Assembly (NCBI GenBank): GCA_965219685.1
Contig: CBDCOH010000002.1
Span: forward strand, 2,592,001-2,656,000
DNA: 64,000 nucleotides
Direction: 5' to 3'
DNA from: Candidatus Spongiisociaceae bacterium
Lineage (GTDB): Bacteria > Actinomycetota > Acidimicrobiia > Spongiisociales > Spongiisociaceae
Of the stretch, positions 49,609-58,931 are shown in pieces. The first letter of the stretch is position 1. Every line of letters starts with the position of its first letter. The translations under genes and the position numbers were made by a program. The notes beneath the pieces were generated by a model. It saw only the letters and a program-made list of their open reading frames with translations. It made no database searches and had not been told where the DNA came from.

Positions 49609-51372
49609 CTACATACGCTCCGGGACCTCGATGCCCAATAGGTCCAGCAGTAGCTCAAGGGTGCGGCGGTTGGTTCGGACCAGCGCCAACCACGACGCCC
49701 TCCGCCGGGAATCGGCCTCGGTGAGTATGTGGCATGCCTCGTAGAACCGGCTGAAGTCGGAAGCCAACTCGTAGGCGTACTCGGCCAGATGGTTGGGCGC
49801 CCGCAACTCGACGGCCCGCCCGGTCACCTCCGGTAGTTGCAGCATCCGGAGCATCAGGCGCCGCTCCGCGTCGGCGGTGGGCGGCAGGACCGGACCGGGA
49901 ACGAGGTCTCGGCTCGCCGCCTTGTCGAGGATCGATCCCGTGCGTACCGCCGCCATCTGGAGATAGGGACCGGTCTTGCCCTCCAGGGAGGTGAACCGTC
50001 GGAGGTCGAAGACGTAGTTAGAGGTGCGGTTGTTGATCAGATCCCCGAACTTGAGAGCCGCTATACCCACCTGGCGGGCGATGGTGGAGCGCTTCTCCTC
50101 CGGGTAACCCGCCGCCAGATCCGACTCCTTCAGCCGGGCGGTCGCCGCCTCGGTCACCATCCCGATGAGGTCCTGCAGCCTCAGAACGCCCCCGGAGCGC
50201 GTCTTGAAAGGCGTCCCGTCGCGTGCGTTCATCGTGCCGAAGCGGATGTGCTCCAGGACGGCATCGCCGGCCGCCCCGGTCCGTCGAGCTGCCCTGAAGA
50301 CCTGCTCGAAATGGTAGGCCTGGCGTGCGTCCACCACGTAGAGGATCAGGTCGGCGTCAAGGTCGCCCACCCTCATTGCGATGGTGGCCAGATCGGTGGT
50401 TCCGTAGAGGAAGGCGCCGTGGGACGTCTCGAGGATCAGGGGGCTGACCTCGGTCTTGTCGTCGGGCTCGGCCACCTCGACGACCACCGCTCCTTCCGAG
50501 CGCAGCGCCACCCCCGCGGCGAGTGCATCGTCGACCATCGGGCGCAACCGGCGGCGGACCGTGCTCTCCCCGTACCACAGGTCGAACTCCACCCCCAGGT
50601 CGGCGAAGTCCCGTTCCTGGGACTCGCGGGACACGCTCACGAAGTGCTTCCACAGAGCCTCGTATCCCGCCCGGCCCGACTGCAGATCCCGGGTTGCCCG
50701 ACGCGCCTCCGTAGCTACATCCTCATCCGTTCCGACCCTGACGGCGATGGCCGGGTACCACTCCTGGAGGTCGGCTAGCGTGATCGGAGGCTGCACGGTA
50801 TATGGCCCCTCGAAACCCTCGTCGAGGTGAGGGAGGTCCGGAAGATGCTCCCGCGCAGCAACGATCAGCATCCCCATCTGGAGTCCCCAATCACCGAAGT
50901 GGGCATCCCCCAACACCCGATGCCCGGCGAAGCGGAACAGCCGCTTGAGGCTGTCCCCGATGATGGTGGCCCGCAGGTGGCCCACATGCATCGCCTTCGC
51001 AACGTTGGGCCCCGCATAGTCGACGACCACGTCGAGCGGGCCGGACACCGTCTTCACCCCCAACCGCGGGTCGTCGGCCATGGCGGCGACATACCCTGCG
51101 ATGGCCTGGTCCGTGAGGGTCAGGTTGATGAACCCGGGCCCGGCCAACGACAAATCTGCCAATCGGGAGTCGCCACTGATCTGCTCGACCACCGAAGTAG
51201 CAATCTCCCGCGGGTTGCGACGGGCCTGGCGAGCGGCAGCCAAGGCCCCGTTGCACTGGAACTGACCCAGATCAGGCCGGTTGGACACCACCACGGCACC
51301 GCAACTCGCGTCAATCCCGACGGCTTCGAAACCGCTCCCGACGAGACGGCTCAGGTCTGAGAGAACGCTCAT
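49609..51372 (-). CDS. argS: Arginyl-tRNA synthetase
   Basis: GPGFIN, PNVAKAMHVGHLR, GDWGLQMG, FKTRSG and GPYLQ. Confidence 0.96.
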   Translation of the reverse strand: MSVLSDLSRLVGSGFEAVGIDASCGAVVVSNRPDLGQFQCNGALAAARQARRNPREIATSVVEQISGDSRLADLSLAGPGFINLTLTDQAIAGYVAAMADDPRLGVKTVSGPLDVVVDYAGPNVAKAMHVGHLRATIIGDSLKRLFRFAGHRVLGDAHFGDWGLQMGMLIVAAREHLPDLPHLDEGFEGPYTVQPPITLADLQEWYPAIAVRVGTDEDVATEARRATRDLQSGRAGYEALWKHFVSVSRESQERDFADLGVEFDLWYGESTVRRRLRPMVDDALAAGVALRSEGAVVVEVAEPDDKTEVSPLILETSHGAFLYGTTDLATIAMRVGDLDADLILYVVDARQAYHFEQVFRAARRTGAAGDAVLEHIRFGTMNARDGTPFKTRSGGVLRLQDLIGMVTEAATARLKESDLAAGYPEEKRSTIARQVGIAALKFGDLINNRTSNYVFDLRRFTSLEGKTGPYLQMAAVRTGSILDKAASRDLVPGPVLPPTADAERRLMLRMLQLPEVTGRAVELRAPNHLAEYAYELASDFSRFYEACHILTEADSRRRASWLALVRTNRRTLELLLDLLGIEVPERM

Positions 51373-51387
51373 GTGAGTGAAGGAGGA

Positions 51388-51418
51388 TAGTGGTTGGTGG
51401 ATGGTGACCACCAACCAC
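51388..51418. repeat. Heptamer-derived hairpin between divergent argS and murA
   Basis: TAGTGGT TGGTGGA TGGTGA; GTGGTTGGTGG 51390-51400 pairs perfectly with CCACCAACCAC 51408-51418. Confidence 0.6.
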
Positions 51419-51474
51419 CCGTCCAGCCAAATCACCGATAAACCCGCCAACCCCTACTACCCTAAAATCCCGTC

Positions 51475-52755
51475 ATGACTAGTTTCCTCGTGCGGGGGCC
51501 TACACGGCTGAGCGGCCACTTCGAGCCTGCGGGCAACAAGAACGCGACTCTTCCGATCGTCGCCGCCTGCCTTCTGACCGAGGAACCGGTCACCCTCCAC
51601 AACGTCCCGCAGATCGGCGATGTGGAATCGCTCCTCGCGATCCTGGAGGACATGGGGGCCAGGGTCGAGCGCCTGGCGCCGAGGACGATCCGGATCACCT
51701 GCAACGGGATCACGACGTCGAACATATCGGTGAAACGGGCAACCAAGATCCGGGCGTCCATCCTGCTGGCCGGGCCCGCGGTGGCCCGCTTCGGGGAAGT
51801 CGTCATCCCTCCTCCGGGCGGGGACGTGATCGGGCGAAGGCGCATCGACTCGCACGTTCATGGCCTTGAGGGCTTAGGCGCCGACTACCGGTTCGTCGAC
51901 GGACACCGTTTCCGGGCCGGGACTCTGAAGGGATCGGTGGTGTTCCTTGACGAGCCTTCGGTAACCGCCACCGAGAACCTGATCATGGCGGCGGTTCTCG
52001 CCGAGGGATCGACGACGATCGAGAACGCGGCCTGCGAACCGCATGTGCAGGACCTGTGCGGATTCCTCAACACGCTGGGCGCCCGCATCGCCGGAATCGG
52101 CAGCAACATCCTCCGGATCGAGGGCGTTGAACGGCTCACCGGCGGCAGCTACACCATCTGCCCGGACCACATCGAGGTGGGCAGCGCGATGGTTCTGGCC
52201 GCGGTCACCCGGTCGCCGATCACGATCGGGGGAGTGAGACCTGCCATGTTCAAGCCGATCGACCTTGCCTGGCAGCGCCTGGGAATCGACTACGAGTTCC
52301 TGCCGGACGACCGGGTTCGTATGTCCGACTCCCCCGCGTTGACGGTCCGGACCGACCTGGGAGGCGCCATTCCCAAGATAGAGGACGGTCCCTGGCCTTC
52401 GTTCCCCGCTGATCTGACCTCGATCGCGCTGGTGGCCGCAACCCAGGCCGACGGATCCATCATGATCCACGAGAAGATGTTCGAGTCGAGGATGTTCTTC
52501 GTGGACCGCCTCATAGCCATGGGCGCCCGGATAGTCCTGTGCGACCCGCACCGGGCGGTGGTGGTCGGACCCACCGCCCTCCAGCCGAGCGTGATGGCCA
52601 GCCCCGACATCCGGGCCGGCATGGCGCTGCTGATAGCTGCACTGGTGGCAGAAGGCGAAAGCAGGATCGACCACGCCGAGCAGATCGAACGAGGTTACGA
52701 AGCCATAGACCGCCGTCTCTGTGCCCTGGGAGCTGACATACAACGGCTCGACTGA
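51475..52755 (+). CDS. murA: UDP-N-acetylglucosamine 1-carboxyvinyltransferase
   Basis: GNKNA, RASI, PGGDVIGRR (Asp at the fosfomycin-target Cys position), SVTATEN and PDIRAG. Confidence 0.95.
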   Translation: MTSFLVRGPTRLSGHFEPAGNKNATLPIVAACLLTEEPVTLHNVPQIGDVESLLAILEDMGARVERLAPRTIRITCNGITTSNISVKRATKIRASILLAGPAVARFGEVVIPPPGGDVIGRRRIDSHVHGLEGLGADYRFVDGHRFRAGTLKGSVVFLDEPSVTATENLIMAAVLAEGSTTIENAACEPHVQDLCGFLNTLGARIAGIGSNILRIEGVERLTGGSYTICPDHIEVGSAMVLAAVTRSPITIGGVRPAMFKPIDLAWQRLGIDYEFLPDDRVRMSDSPALTVRTDLGGAIPKIEDGPWPSFPADLTSIALVAATQADGSIMIHEKMFESRMFFVDRLIAMGARIVLCDPHRAVVVGPTALQPSVMASPDIRAGMALLIAALVAEGESRIDHAEQIERGYEAIDRRLCALGADIQRLD

Positions 52756-52778
52756 GCCCCTGCCGGGCCGGATCTCAC

Positions 52779-53561
52779 CTACTTCGAGCCGCGCTGATCC
52801 CAACTGAAGAACCGGGTGACGATCACCACCGCTAACACCAGCCAGGCGCCCATGATCAGCAGGTCCTCCCAACCCAGAACGCGCCCGGTGTGGCGCGGAT
52901 CGAAGGCAGCACCGAACGGAGCGGCGAAGTGTTTCAACGGGAAGATGTCTCCCAGGATCACCAGCCACCGCGGTGCGTCGTCCAGCGGGATGAAGATTCC
53001 GGAGATGAAGGTCATGGGCAAGAAGACGCCGTTGGCGACAGCAGGCGCCGCATCGGCGTTCCTTATGAGGGCGCAGACCGCGAGCCCCAGCGCCGAGAAG
53101 GTGGCGATGCCTATAACGAAGACCAGCACGGCCGGACCGATGTCGTCCCATATCATCCGGAAGCCGAAGGCCGCCCAGCCGATCACGAACATGAGCAGGA
53201 CGGAGAGGACTGCGATCCACACGCCGGACAGGATCGTTCCCGCCATGTAGATCCATGGCGGCAAGGGGGTTCCCTGCACGCGCTTCAGGATGCCCAACTC
53301 GCGCGCGTAGGCCGTCTTGATCACCAGGTTCGAGAAGGTCGACGACACCGCCGCGAACACGGCCATGGCCGGAGCGAAGAACTGGGAGAAGCTGTAGCCG
53401 CCTCCCACCTCCTCGCTACCGAAGATCACGCTGAACAGGACCAGGAAGATGACCGGCAGGGCCAGGGTGAAGAAGGCGGCGACGGGAGTCCTCCAGAACA
53501 GCCGGTTGGTGTTACGGGTCTGCAACCAGACCAGCGCGAGGGGGGAACTGCCTCCGCTCAA
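52779..53561 (-). CDS. ABC-2 type exporter permease
   Basis: AFFTLALP, RELGILKR and FISGIFIP. Confidence 0.88.
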   Translation of the reverse strand: MSGGSSPLALVWLQTRNTNRLFWRTPVAAFFTLALPVIFLVLFSVIFGSEEVGGGYSFSQFFAPAMAVFAAVSSTFSNLVIKTAYARELGILKRVQGTPLPPWIYMAGTILSGVWIAVLSVLLMFVIGWAAFGFRMIWDDIGPAVLVFVIGIATFSALGLAVCALIRNADAAPAVANGVFLPMTFISGIFIPLDDAPRWLVILGDIFPLKHFAAPFGAAFDPRHTGRVLGWEDLLIMGAWLVLAVVIVTRFFSWDQRGSK

Positions 53562-54484
53562 ACCGGTTCCTCCTGCCGCCCCGCCTCACCGACGATCTCC
53601 AGGTACACATCCTCGAGGCTGGGTCTCGACACTTCAAGGCCGCCCAACTCCACACCCCGGCCGGTGGCCCAACCCGTGAGCCGGTAGAGGAGGGCGGTCG
53701 GGTCGACCGTCCGGTACGTCACGCCCGGTCCGGCCACCTCGGGTGTTTCGGCGAGGGAGGGCAGATCCCCCGGTTCGGGAACGCTGAACCGCACGGTGGT
53801 CACCGGTCGGGCGCCGCCCAGCGTCTCAGGGGTGCCTTCAGCCACGATCTTCCCTCTGTTGAGTACGACGATCCGATCCGCCAGGTGCTGGGCCTCATCG
53901 AGGTAGTGAGTCGTTAGCAGGATGGTCTTGCCGAGGTCGGTGAGCCCCTCGACCAGTTTCCAGGACTGGCGGCGCGCTGCCGGATCGAACCCGGTGGTGG
54001 GCTCGTCCAGGAAGATCAGATCGGGATCGCCTACCAGTCCCAGCGCGAGGTCGAGACGGCGACGCTGACCCCCCGACAAGGTCTTTATGCGGGCGTCCGC
54101 CTTCTCCTCCAACCCGACCAGGGAAATCAGTTCATCCCGTGGGCGCCGGCGTGTGTACGCGGCGCCGTAAAGGTCGATGGTCTCTCGGACGGTCAGCACG
54201 GTTTCGATGCCCGTCTCCTGGAGCACGATGCCTATCCGGTCGCGGAACTCCCGCCCTCCGTTGGCCGGGTCGTAACCGAGAACCTCGATCTCCCCCCTAT
54301 CAGCGCGCCGGTAACCCTCCAGTATCTCGACCGCGGTGGTCTTACCCGCTCCGTTGGGACCCAGGAGTGCGAGTACTTCACCTTCGCGTACGGAAAAACT
54401 CACACCGTCGAGCGCCACAACCGTTCCGTAACGTTTGGCCAGATCCTTGACCGTTACCGCGGGAGCCGCACCGTCCATCCTCAT
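53558..54484 (-). CDS. ABC exporter ATP-binding protein (DrrA-like)
   Basis: GPNGAGKTT, LSGGQ, FLDEPTTG, TTHY and SLEDVYL. Confidence 0.92.
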   Translation of the reverse strand: MRMDGAAPAVTVKDLAKRYGTVVALDGVSFSVREGEVLALLGPNGAGKTTAVEILEGYRRADRGEIEVLGYDPANGGREFRDRIGIVLQETGIETVLTVRETIDLYGAAYTRRRPRDELISLVGLEEKADARIKTLSGGQRRRLDLALGLVGDPDLIFLDEPTTGFDPAARRQSWKLVEGLTDLGKTILLTTHYLDEAQHLADRIVVLNRGKIVAEGTPETLGGARPVTTVRFSVPEPGDLPSLAETPEVAGPGVTYRTVDPTALLYRLTGWATGRGVELGGLEVSRPSLEDVYLEIVGEAGRQEEPV

Positions 54485-54561
54485 AGGGATGCTCCCCAAC
54501 TCTCCTTAGGAGTTAGGCCAGCCCCTCCGTTTTCTGAGCCTGACATCGGAACCCCTCCCAG

Positions 54562-54615
54562 TGGGTTTGTGTTGCAAACTAGTTTAGCACGAGATGGGTT
54601 TGTAACACAAACTAG
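54562..54615. promoter_or_regulatory. Tandem pair of palindromic operator-like sites upstream of the ABC exporter
   Basis: TGGGTTTGTGTTGCAAACTAG (54562) and TGGGTTTGTAACACAAACTAG (54595); each is GTTTG-N5-CAAAC; 33 bp apart. Confidence 0.65.
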
Positions 54616-54680
54616 CTTGTGGCACTAACACGCATGGGCCGCAAAGCAGCCCCTGCGCGAAGCTAGGCGAAAGACCGGAG

Positions 54681-54756
54681 TGGTGGCCAGGCCCGGCGTC
54701 GATCCGGGGACCTCTGCTTTTTCAGAGCAGCGCTCTACCGACTGAGCTACCTGGCC
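54681..54756 (-). tRNA. tRNA-Phe (GAA)
   Basis: GGCCAGGTAGCTCAGTCGGTAGAGCGCTGCTCTGAAAAAGCAGAGGTCCCCGGATCGACGCCGGGCCTGGCCACCA forms a cloverleaf. Confidence 0.93.
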
Positions 54757-54795
54757 GCATGGTTACGAGGGCCGACCCGCAACGGTCAGCCCTCC

Positions 54796-54873
54796 TGGCG
54801 GGGACGACGGGATTTGAACCCGCGACCTCCGGCTTGACAGGCCGGCGTGAACTCCAGACTTCACCACGCCCCC
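54796..54873 (-). tRNA. tRNA-Asp (GTC)
   Basis: GGGGGCGTGGTGAAGTCTGGAGTTCACGCCGGCCTGTCAAGCCGGAGGTCGCGGGTTCAAATCCCGTCGTCCCCGCCA. Confidence 0.95.
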
Positions 54874-55099
54874 GTACCGCGCCCAGGCTACCCCGCTCCT
54901 GTAAGAGAGGCCAGAGAGACCAGGGCGGGAGCATCAGCAGTATAGGACAGTTCGAACCGGAAGAATGCAACGATCCCAACCGGAGGAAGGCAAGCGCCTC
55001 GAATCGGGAAGTGCCATGTTGACACACGGGCAGGGTCCGAATCCCGAGATCACCGGGTTCGCGTCCGGAGCGTCCCGGTCCTTTGGGCGTACAGCCCGT

Positions 55100-56122
55100 T
55101 CAGTCCAGCAGGGAGGCCAGGACCTCCAGCAGAACATCCACATCGGGGTCGTCAACATCGAGGTGGGTAACGATGCGACAGGAGCGCCGGTCCCGCCCGG
55201 ACATGATCACACCGGCCTCCGCGGCCAATTCGAGGAGACGGGGACCGGTGGGACCGGCCTCGTCGATCCGGAACACAACGATGTTGGTCTCGACGGGGAG
55301 AACCTCTTCGACCAACGACATCCCAGCCAGAGCCTCCCCGATCCGGGCCGCCCGGGCGTGGTCCTCCGCCAGCCGGTCCACATGATGATCCAGCGCGTAG
55401 AGTCCCATCGCAGCCAGTATTCCCGACTGGCGCATCGATCCGCCCCACTGCTGCTTCCAGCGCCACGCCTGGTCTATGAATCCGGCACTGCCCGCCAAGA
55501 CGGCCCCCACCGCAGCTCCCAGTCCCTTGGTCAGATCGATCCACACGCTGTCCATGTCGCGCGTGTACCGGTCCGCTGCGGTGCCTGTTGCCACGACCGC
55601 GTTCAGCAGGCGCGCACCGTCCATGTGGGTCGCCAAGCCGGCATCGTGGGCTACCCCGGCCACCTCGTCGATGAGTTCGACCGGCCAGATGGCGCCTCCG
55701 GCGAGGTTGGCGGTCTGCTCGATCGAGACGAGCCTCGAGCGGGGCATGTAGCGGGTCACCGGCCGGATGGCTTGACTGACCTGCGCGGCCGAGAAACGGC
55801 CGCGGTCACCTTCCAGCGCGTAGACCATGACGCCGGAGAGCATGGCCGGGCCTCCGGACTCGAAACCGACTATGTGGCTCGACCGGTCACAGATCACCTC
55901 GTCACTCGGATCCGTCAGGACCTTGATGGCGATCTCGTTGCACATCGAGCCGGAGGGCAGGAAGACCGCCGCCTCCTTCCCGAGCAGTTCTGCCACGCGC
56001 CTTTCCAAGCGAATGGTCGTCGGATCCTCGAAACGCTGCTCGTCACCCACTTCGGCGCCCATGACCGTGGCAAGCATCGCCCTCGTGGGTTTGGTCTGCG
56101 TGTCGGAGTAGAAGTTGTGCAT
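55100..56122 (-). CDS. ltaE: Low-specificity L-threonine aldolase
   Basis: SDTQTKPT, GDE..EDPT, PSGSMCN, HMDGARL and TKGLGA. Confidence 0.88.
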   Translation of the reverse strand: MHNFYSDTQTKPTRAMLATVMGAEVGDEQRFEDPTTIRLERRVAELLGKEAAVFLPSGSMCNEIAIKVLTDPSDEVICDRSSHIVGFESGGPAMLSGVMVYALEGDRGRFSAAQVSQAIRPVTRYMPRSRLVSIEQTANLAGGAIWPVELIDEVAGVAHDAGLATHMDGARLLNAVVATGTAADRYTRDMDSVWIDLTKGLGAAVGAVLAGSAGFIDQAWRWKQQWGGSMRQSGILAAMGLYALDHHVDRLAEDHARAARIGEALAGMSLVEEVLPVETNIVVFRIDEAGPTGPRLLELAAEAGVIMSGRDRRSCRIVTHLDVDDPDVDVLLEVLASLLD

Positions 56123-56135
56123 CAGTGCGGTCTCC

Positions 56136-57410
56136 TCATGCCCTGGCGACCACCTGCTCGCGCTCCGGACCGACCGACACCCAGCTGACCGGGATACCCA
56201 CTTGGTCCTCTATGAACTCGATATAGCGGCGGGCTTGGAGCGGCAACTCGCCGAAGTCCCGTGCCATCGTTATGTCATCGTGCCATCCCGGCAGCTCGGT
56301 GTAGAGCGGGCGGCAGTTGTACAGGACTCGCTGCTGGCGGGGAAACTCTGTGTAGGTGTCGCCGGCCGCCGTGTAGCCGGTGGCCACCTTGATCGTGTCG
56401 AATCCGGAGAGGATGTCGAGCTTGGTGATGAACAGTTCGGTCAGGGAGTTCACGCGCCGGGCATAACGGAGGGCCACTAGGTCGAGCCAACCACAGCGCC
56501 GCCGCCGACCCGTGACCGTGCCGAACTCGTGCCCCACCTCGACCATCCGGTCGCCGGCCTCATCGAAGAGTTCGGTTGGGAACGGGCCACTCCCGACTCT
56601 GGAGATGTAGGCCTTCGCAACCCCGACCACCCTGTCGATCGCCTTGGGACCTATCCCCGACCCTATCGCTGCTCCCCCTGCGGTGGGGTTCGAGGAGGTC
56701 ACGAACGGATACGTACCGTGGTCGATGTCGAGCAAGGTCCCCTGCGCACCCTCGAATAACACGGTCCTGTCGCGTTGCAGCGCATCCCAGATGAGATGAG
56801 AGGTGTCCTCGACGAGTGGCAGTAGGGAATCCGCAAATCCGAGATAATCCGAGACGATCCCTTCGGAGCCCATCGGAAGCTGGTTGTAGACGCGGGTGAG
56901 GATCTTGTTCTTCTCCGACAGAACCGCCTCCAGCTTGTCACGAAAGATGTCGGGATCGAACAGATCCTGAACGCGGATGCCGGAGCGCGCGTACTTGTCC
57001 GTGTAGGCAGGGCCGATACCCCGCTTGGTCGTACCGATCCGGTTGCGCCCCAGGTAGCGCTCCATAACCAGGTCCAGCTTGCGGTGATAAGGCATGATCA
57101 GATGGGCGTTGCCCGACACGCGCAGGCGGGAAGGATCGACACCTCTGTCCCGGAGCATGGCGATCTCCTCGAGAAGGACCTGGAGATCGATCACGACGCC
57201 CGAGGCGATCACCGGAACCACGCTCGGGTACATCACTCCTGATGGCACCAGCGAGAGGGCAAACCGCTCGGCGCCGATGACTATGGTGTGGCCCGCATTG
57301 TTGCCCCCCTGGTAGCGAACCACGTAGTCGGCCTGGCGGGCGAACAGGTCGGTTACCCGACCCTTGCCCTCGTCGCCCCACTGTGCGCCGACCACAACCG
57401 TCGCGGGCAT
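56136..57410 (-). CDS. purA: Adenylosuccinate synthetase
   Basis: GAQWGDEGKG, QGGNNAGHT, EGAQG and GTVTGRRRRCGW. Confidence 0.97.
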   Translation of the reverse strand: MPATVVVGAQWGDEGKGRVTDLFARQADYVVRYQGGNNAGHTIVIGAERFALSLVPSGVMYPSVVPVIASGVVIDLQVLLEEIAMLRDRGVDPSRLRVSGNAHLIMPYHRKLDLVMERYLGRNRIGTTKRGIGPAYTDKYARSGIRVQDLFDPDIFRDKLEAVLSEKNKILTRVYNQLPMGSEGIVSDYLGFADSLLPLVEDTSHLIWDALQRDRTVLFEGAQGTLLDIDHGTYPFVTSSNPTAGGAAIGSGIGPKAIDRVVGVAKAYISRVGSGPFPTELFDEAGDRMVEVGHEFGTVTGRRRRCGWLDLVALRYARRVNSLTELFITKLDILSGFDTIKVATGYTAAGDTYTEFPRQQRVLYNCRPLYTELPGWHDDITMARDFGELPLQARRYIEFIEDQVGIPVSWVSVGPEREQVVARA

Positions 57411-57585
57411 CGTCTACCCGCCCACCTCTGCCGCGAACCGGCCCGCGCCCGACCTCAAGGACCGCCGCCGAAGTCGATGATGCTCGCCATAACCTGCTTT
57501 CCCACCTTACAAGTAACCGGCCGGCCGGCCGGATAGGTGGGAGCATAGGTAGTGAGGAGCGGCAAGACACAACGATCGCCGCTCG

Positions 57586-58803
57586 ATGAACCAACGCAGA
57601 CAGGCCCAGGAGAGATTCATGTCCCGGATCCGAATCGACGCGGAAGAGAGACGCAGACGCATAGGAGTCCGGCACCACCTCCACCCACGTCACAAGGCGG
57701 TGTCGGTGCCGGAAGCGGCCCGGCACCAGGTGGGCCTCCACTCCAGCGACCCTGCCACCGTGTTCCTATCGGCGTGGGCCCGGGTAGCGGACCCGACGAT
57801 CACGGGCATCGAGAACTGCCTCTACAGCCCCCGCCCCTCCTTACATCGCGTGCTAGGGATGCGACGGACGTTGTTCGCGGTGCCGAGCGACCTCGTTCCG
57901 TTGCTCCACCACGGCTGCGCCCGGCGCCTCGCGCCCGCCGAGCGGAAGAGACTCATCGGTTACTTGCGGAAACAGAACATCGCCGGCCAAGCGGAACAGT
58001 GGCTGGATCGGGTGGCGGATGCCACCGTGGCCGCCATCGCCGAGCAGGGAGAGGCCGCGGCGATGGAGCTGCGCGAGCACGTGCCGGAACTACGCCTCAC
58101 CCTCACGTTCGGGGAAGGGAAGAAGTGGGGCGGCCGAGTCGGTGTCTCGACCCGGGTCCTCTTTCTGCTGGCGACGGAAGGACGGATCGTCCGCGGACGC
58201 CCCAGGGGATCATGGATCAGCGGCCAGTACCGATGGTCGGTGACCGAAGACCGCATACCGGGCGGAATACCTGATCTCGATGGTGTCGAAGCGCGTTCTC
58301 GACTGTTGAGACGGTGGTTGACCACCTACGGGCCAGGAACCGAGGCTGACCTGCGATGGTGGACGGGTTGGCCCCTGCGCGACGTCAGGAAGGCACTGGG
58401 ATCCCTGGACACCGTCGAGGTCGAGGTCGACAGCGGGCCGGCCCTCATGCTCGGCGGGGATCCGGCGGCCACCCCACCACAGGAGCCATGGGCCAACCTG
58501 CTCCCCTCCCTCGACTCGACGGTGATGGGCTGGCGCGACCGCGGTTGGTATCTCGGAACCCGTTCGAGGCAGTTGTTCGATCGAAACGGCAACGCCGGCC
58601 CGACAGTCTGGTGGAACGGGAGGGTCGTCGGAGGCTGGGCCCACACGGCGGGAGGCGCCGTCGCCTACCGGCTGCTCGAGGACATCGGCTCGGAGGGAGA
58701 AGCACTTGTAGGGGAATTGGCCTCCGAACTCGAGGAATGGATCGGGCCCATCCGGGTCACTCCCCGATTCCGCACACCCATCGAGAAGGAACTGACCAGC
58801 TAG
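57586..58803 (+). CDS. HTH_42 winged-helix protein (AlkZ/YcaQ-like DNA glycosylase family)
   Basis: GLHSSDP..VFLSAWAR, GMRRTLF, YGP....DL.WWTG, LLPSLD and GRVVGGW. Confidence 0.82.
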   Translation: MNQRRQAQERFMSRIRIDAEERRRRIGVRHHLHPRHKAVSVPEAARHQVGLHSSDPATVFLSAWARVADPTITGIENCLYSPRPSLHRVLGMRRTLFAVPSDLVPLLHHGCARRLAPAERKRLIGYLRKQNIAGQAEQWLDRVADATVAAIAEQGEAAAMELREHVPELRLTLTFGEGKKWGGRVGVSTRVLFLLATEGRIVRGRPRGSWISGQYRWSVTEDRIPGGIPDLDGVEARSRLLRRWLTTYGPGTEADLRWWTGWPLRDVRKALGSLDTVEVEVDSGPALMLGGDPAATPPQEPWANLLPSLDSTVMGWRDRGWYLGTRSRQLFDRNGNAGPTVWWNGRVVGGWAHTAGGAVAYRLLEDIGSEGEALVGELASELEEWIGPIRVTPRFRTPIEKELTS

Positions 58804-58804
58804 G

Positions 58805-58894
58805 TGGTGAATGGTGGATGGTGGATGGTGGATGGTGGATGGTGGATGGTGGATGGTGGATGGTGGAGTTCTACAAATCACCAATCGCCAAATC
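58805..58894. repeat. Heptamer element: TGGTGAA (TGGTGGA)x8 GTTCTA then C-rich arm CAAATCAC CAATCGC CAAATC
   Basis: Begins 1 nt after the TAG stop; same GTTCTA junction, in the same register, as the 12102 array. Confidence 0.93.
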
Positions 58895-58931
58895 CCCCCG
58901 GACGGTGCCGCTCCTTGGGTAGCCTTCGCCC

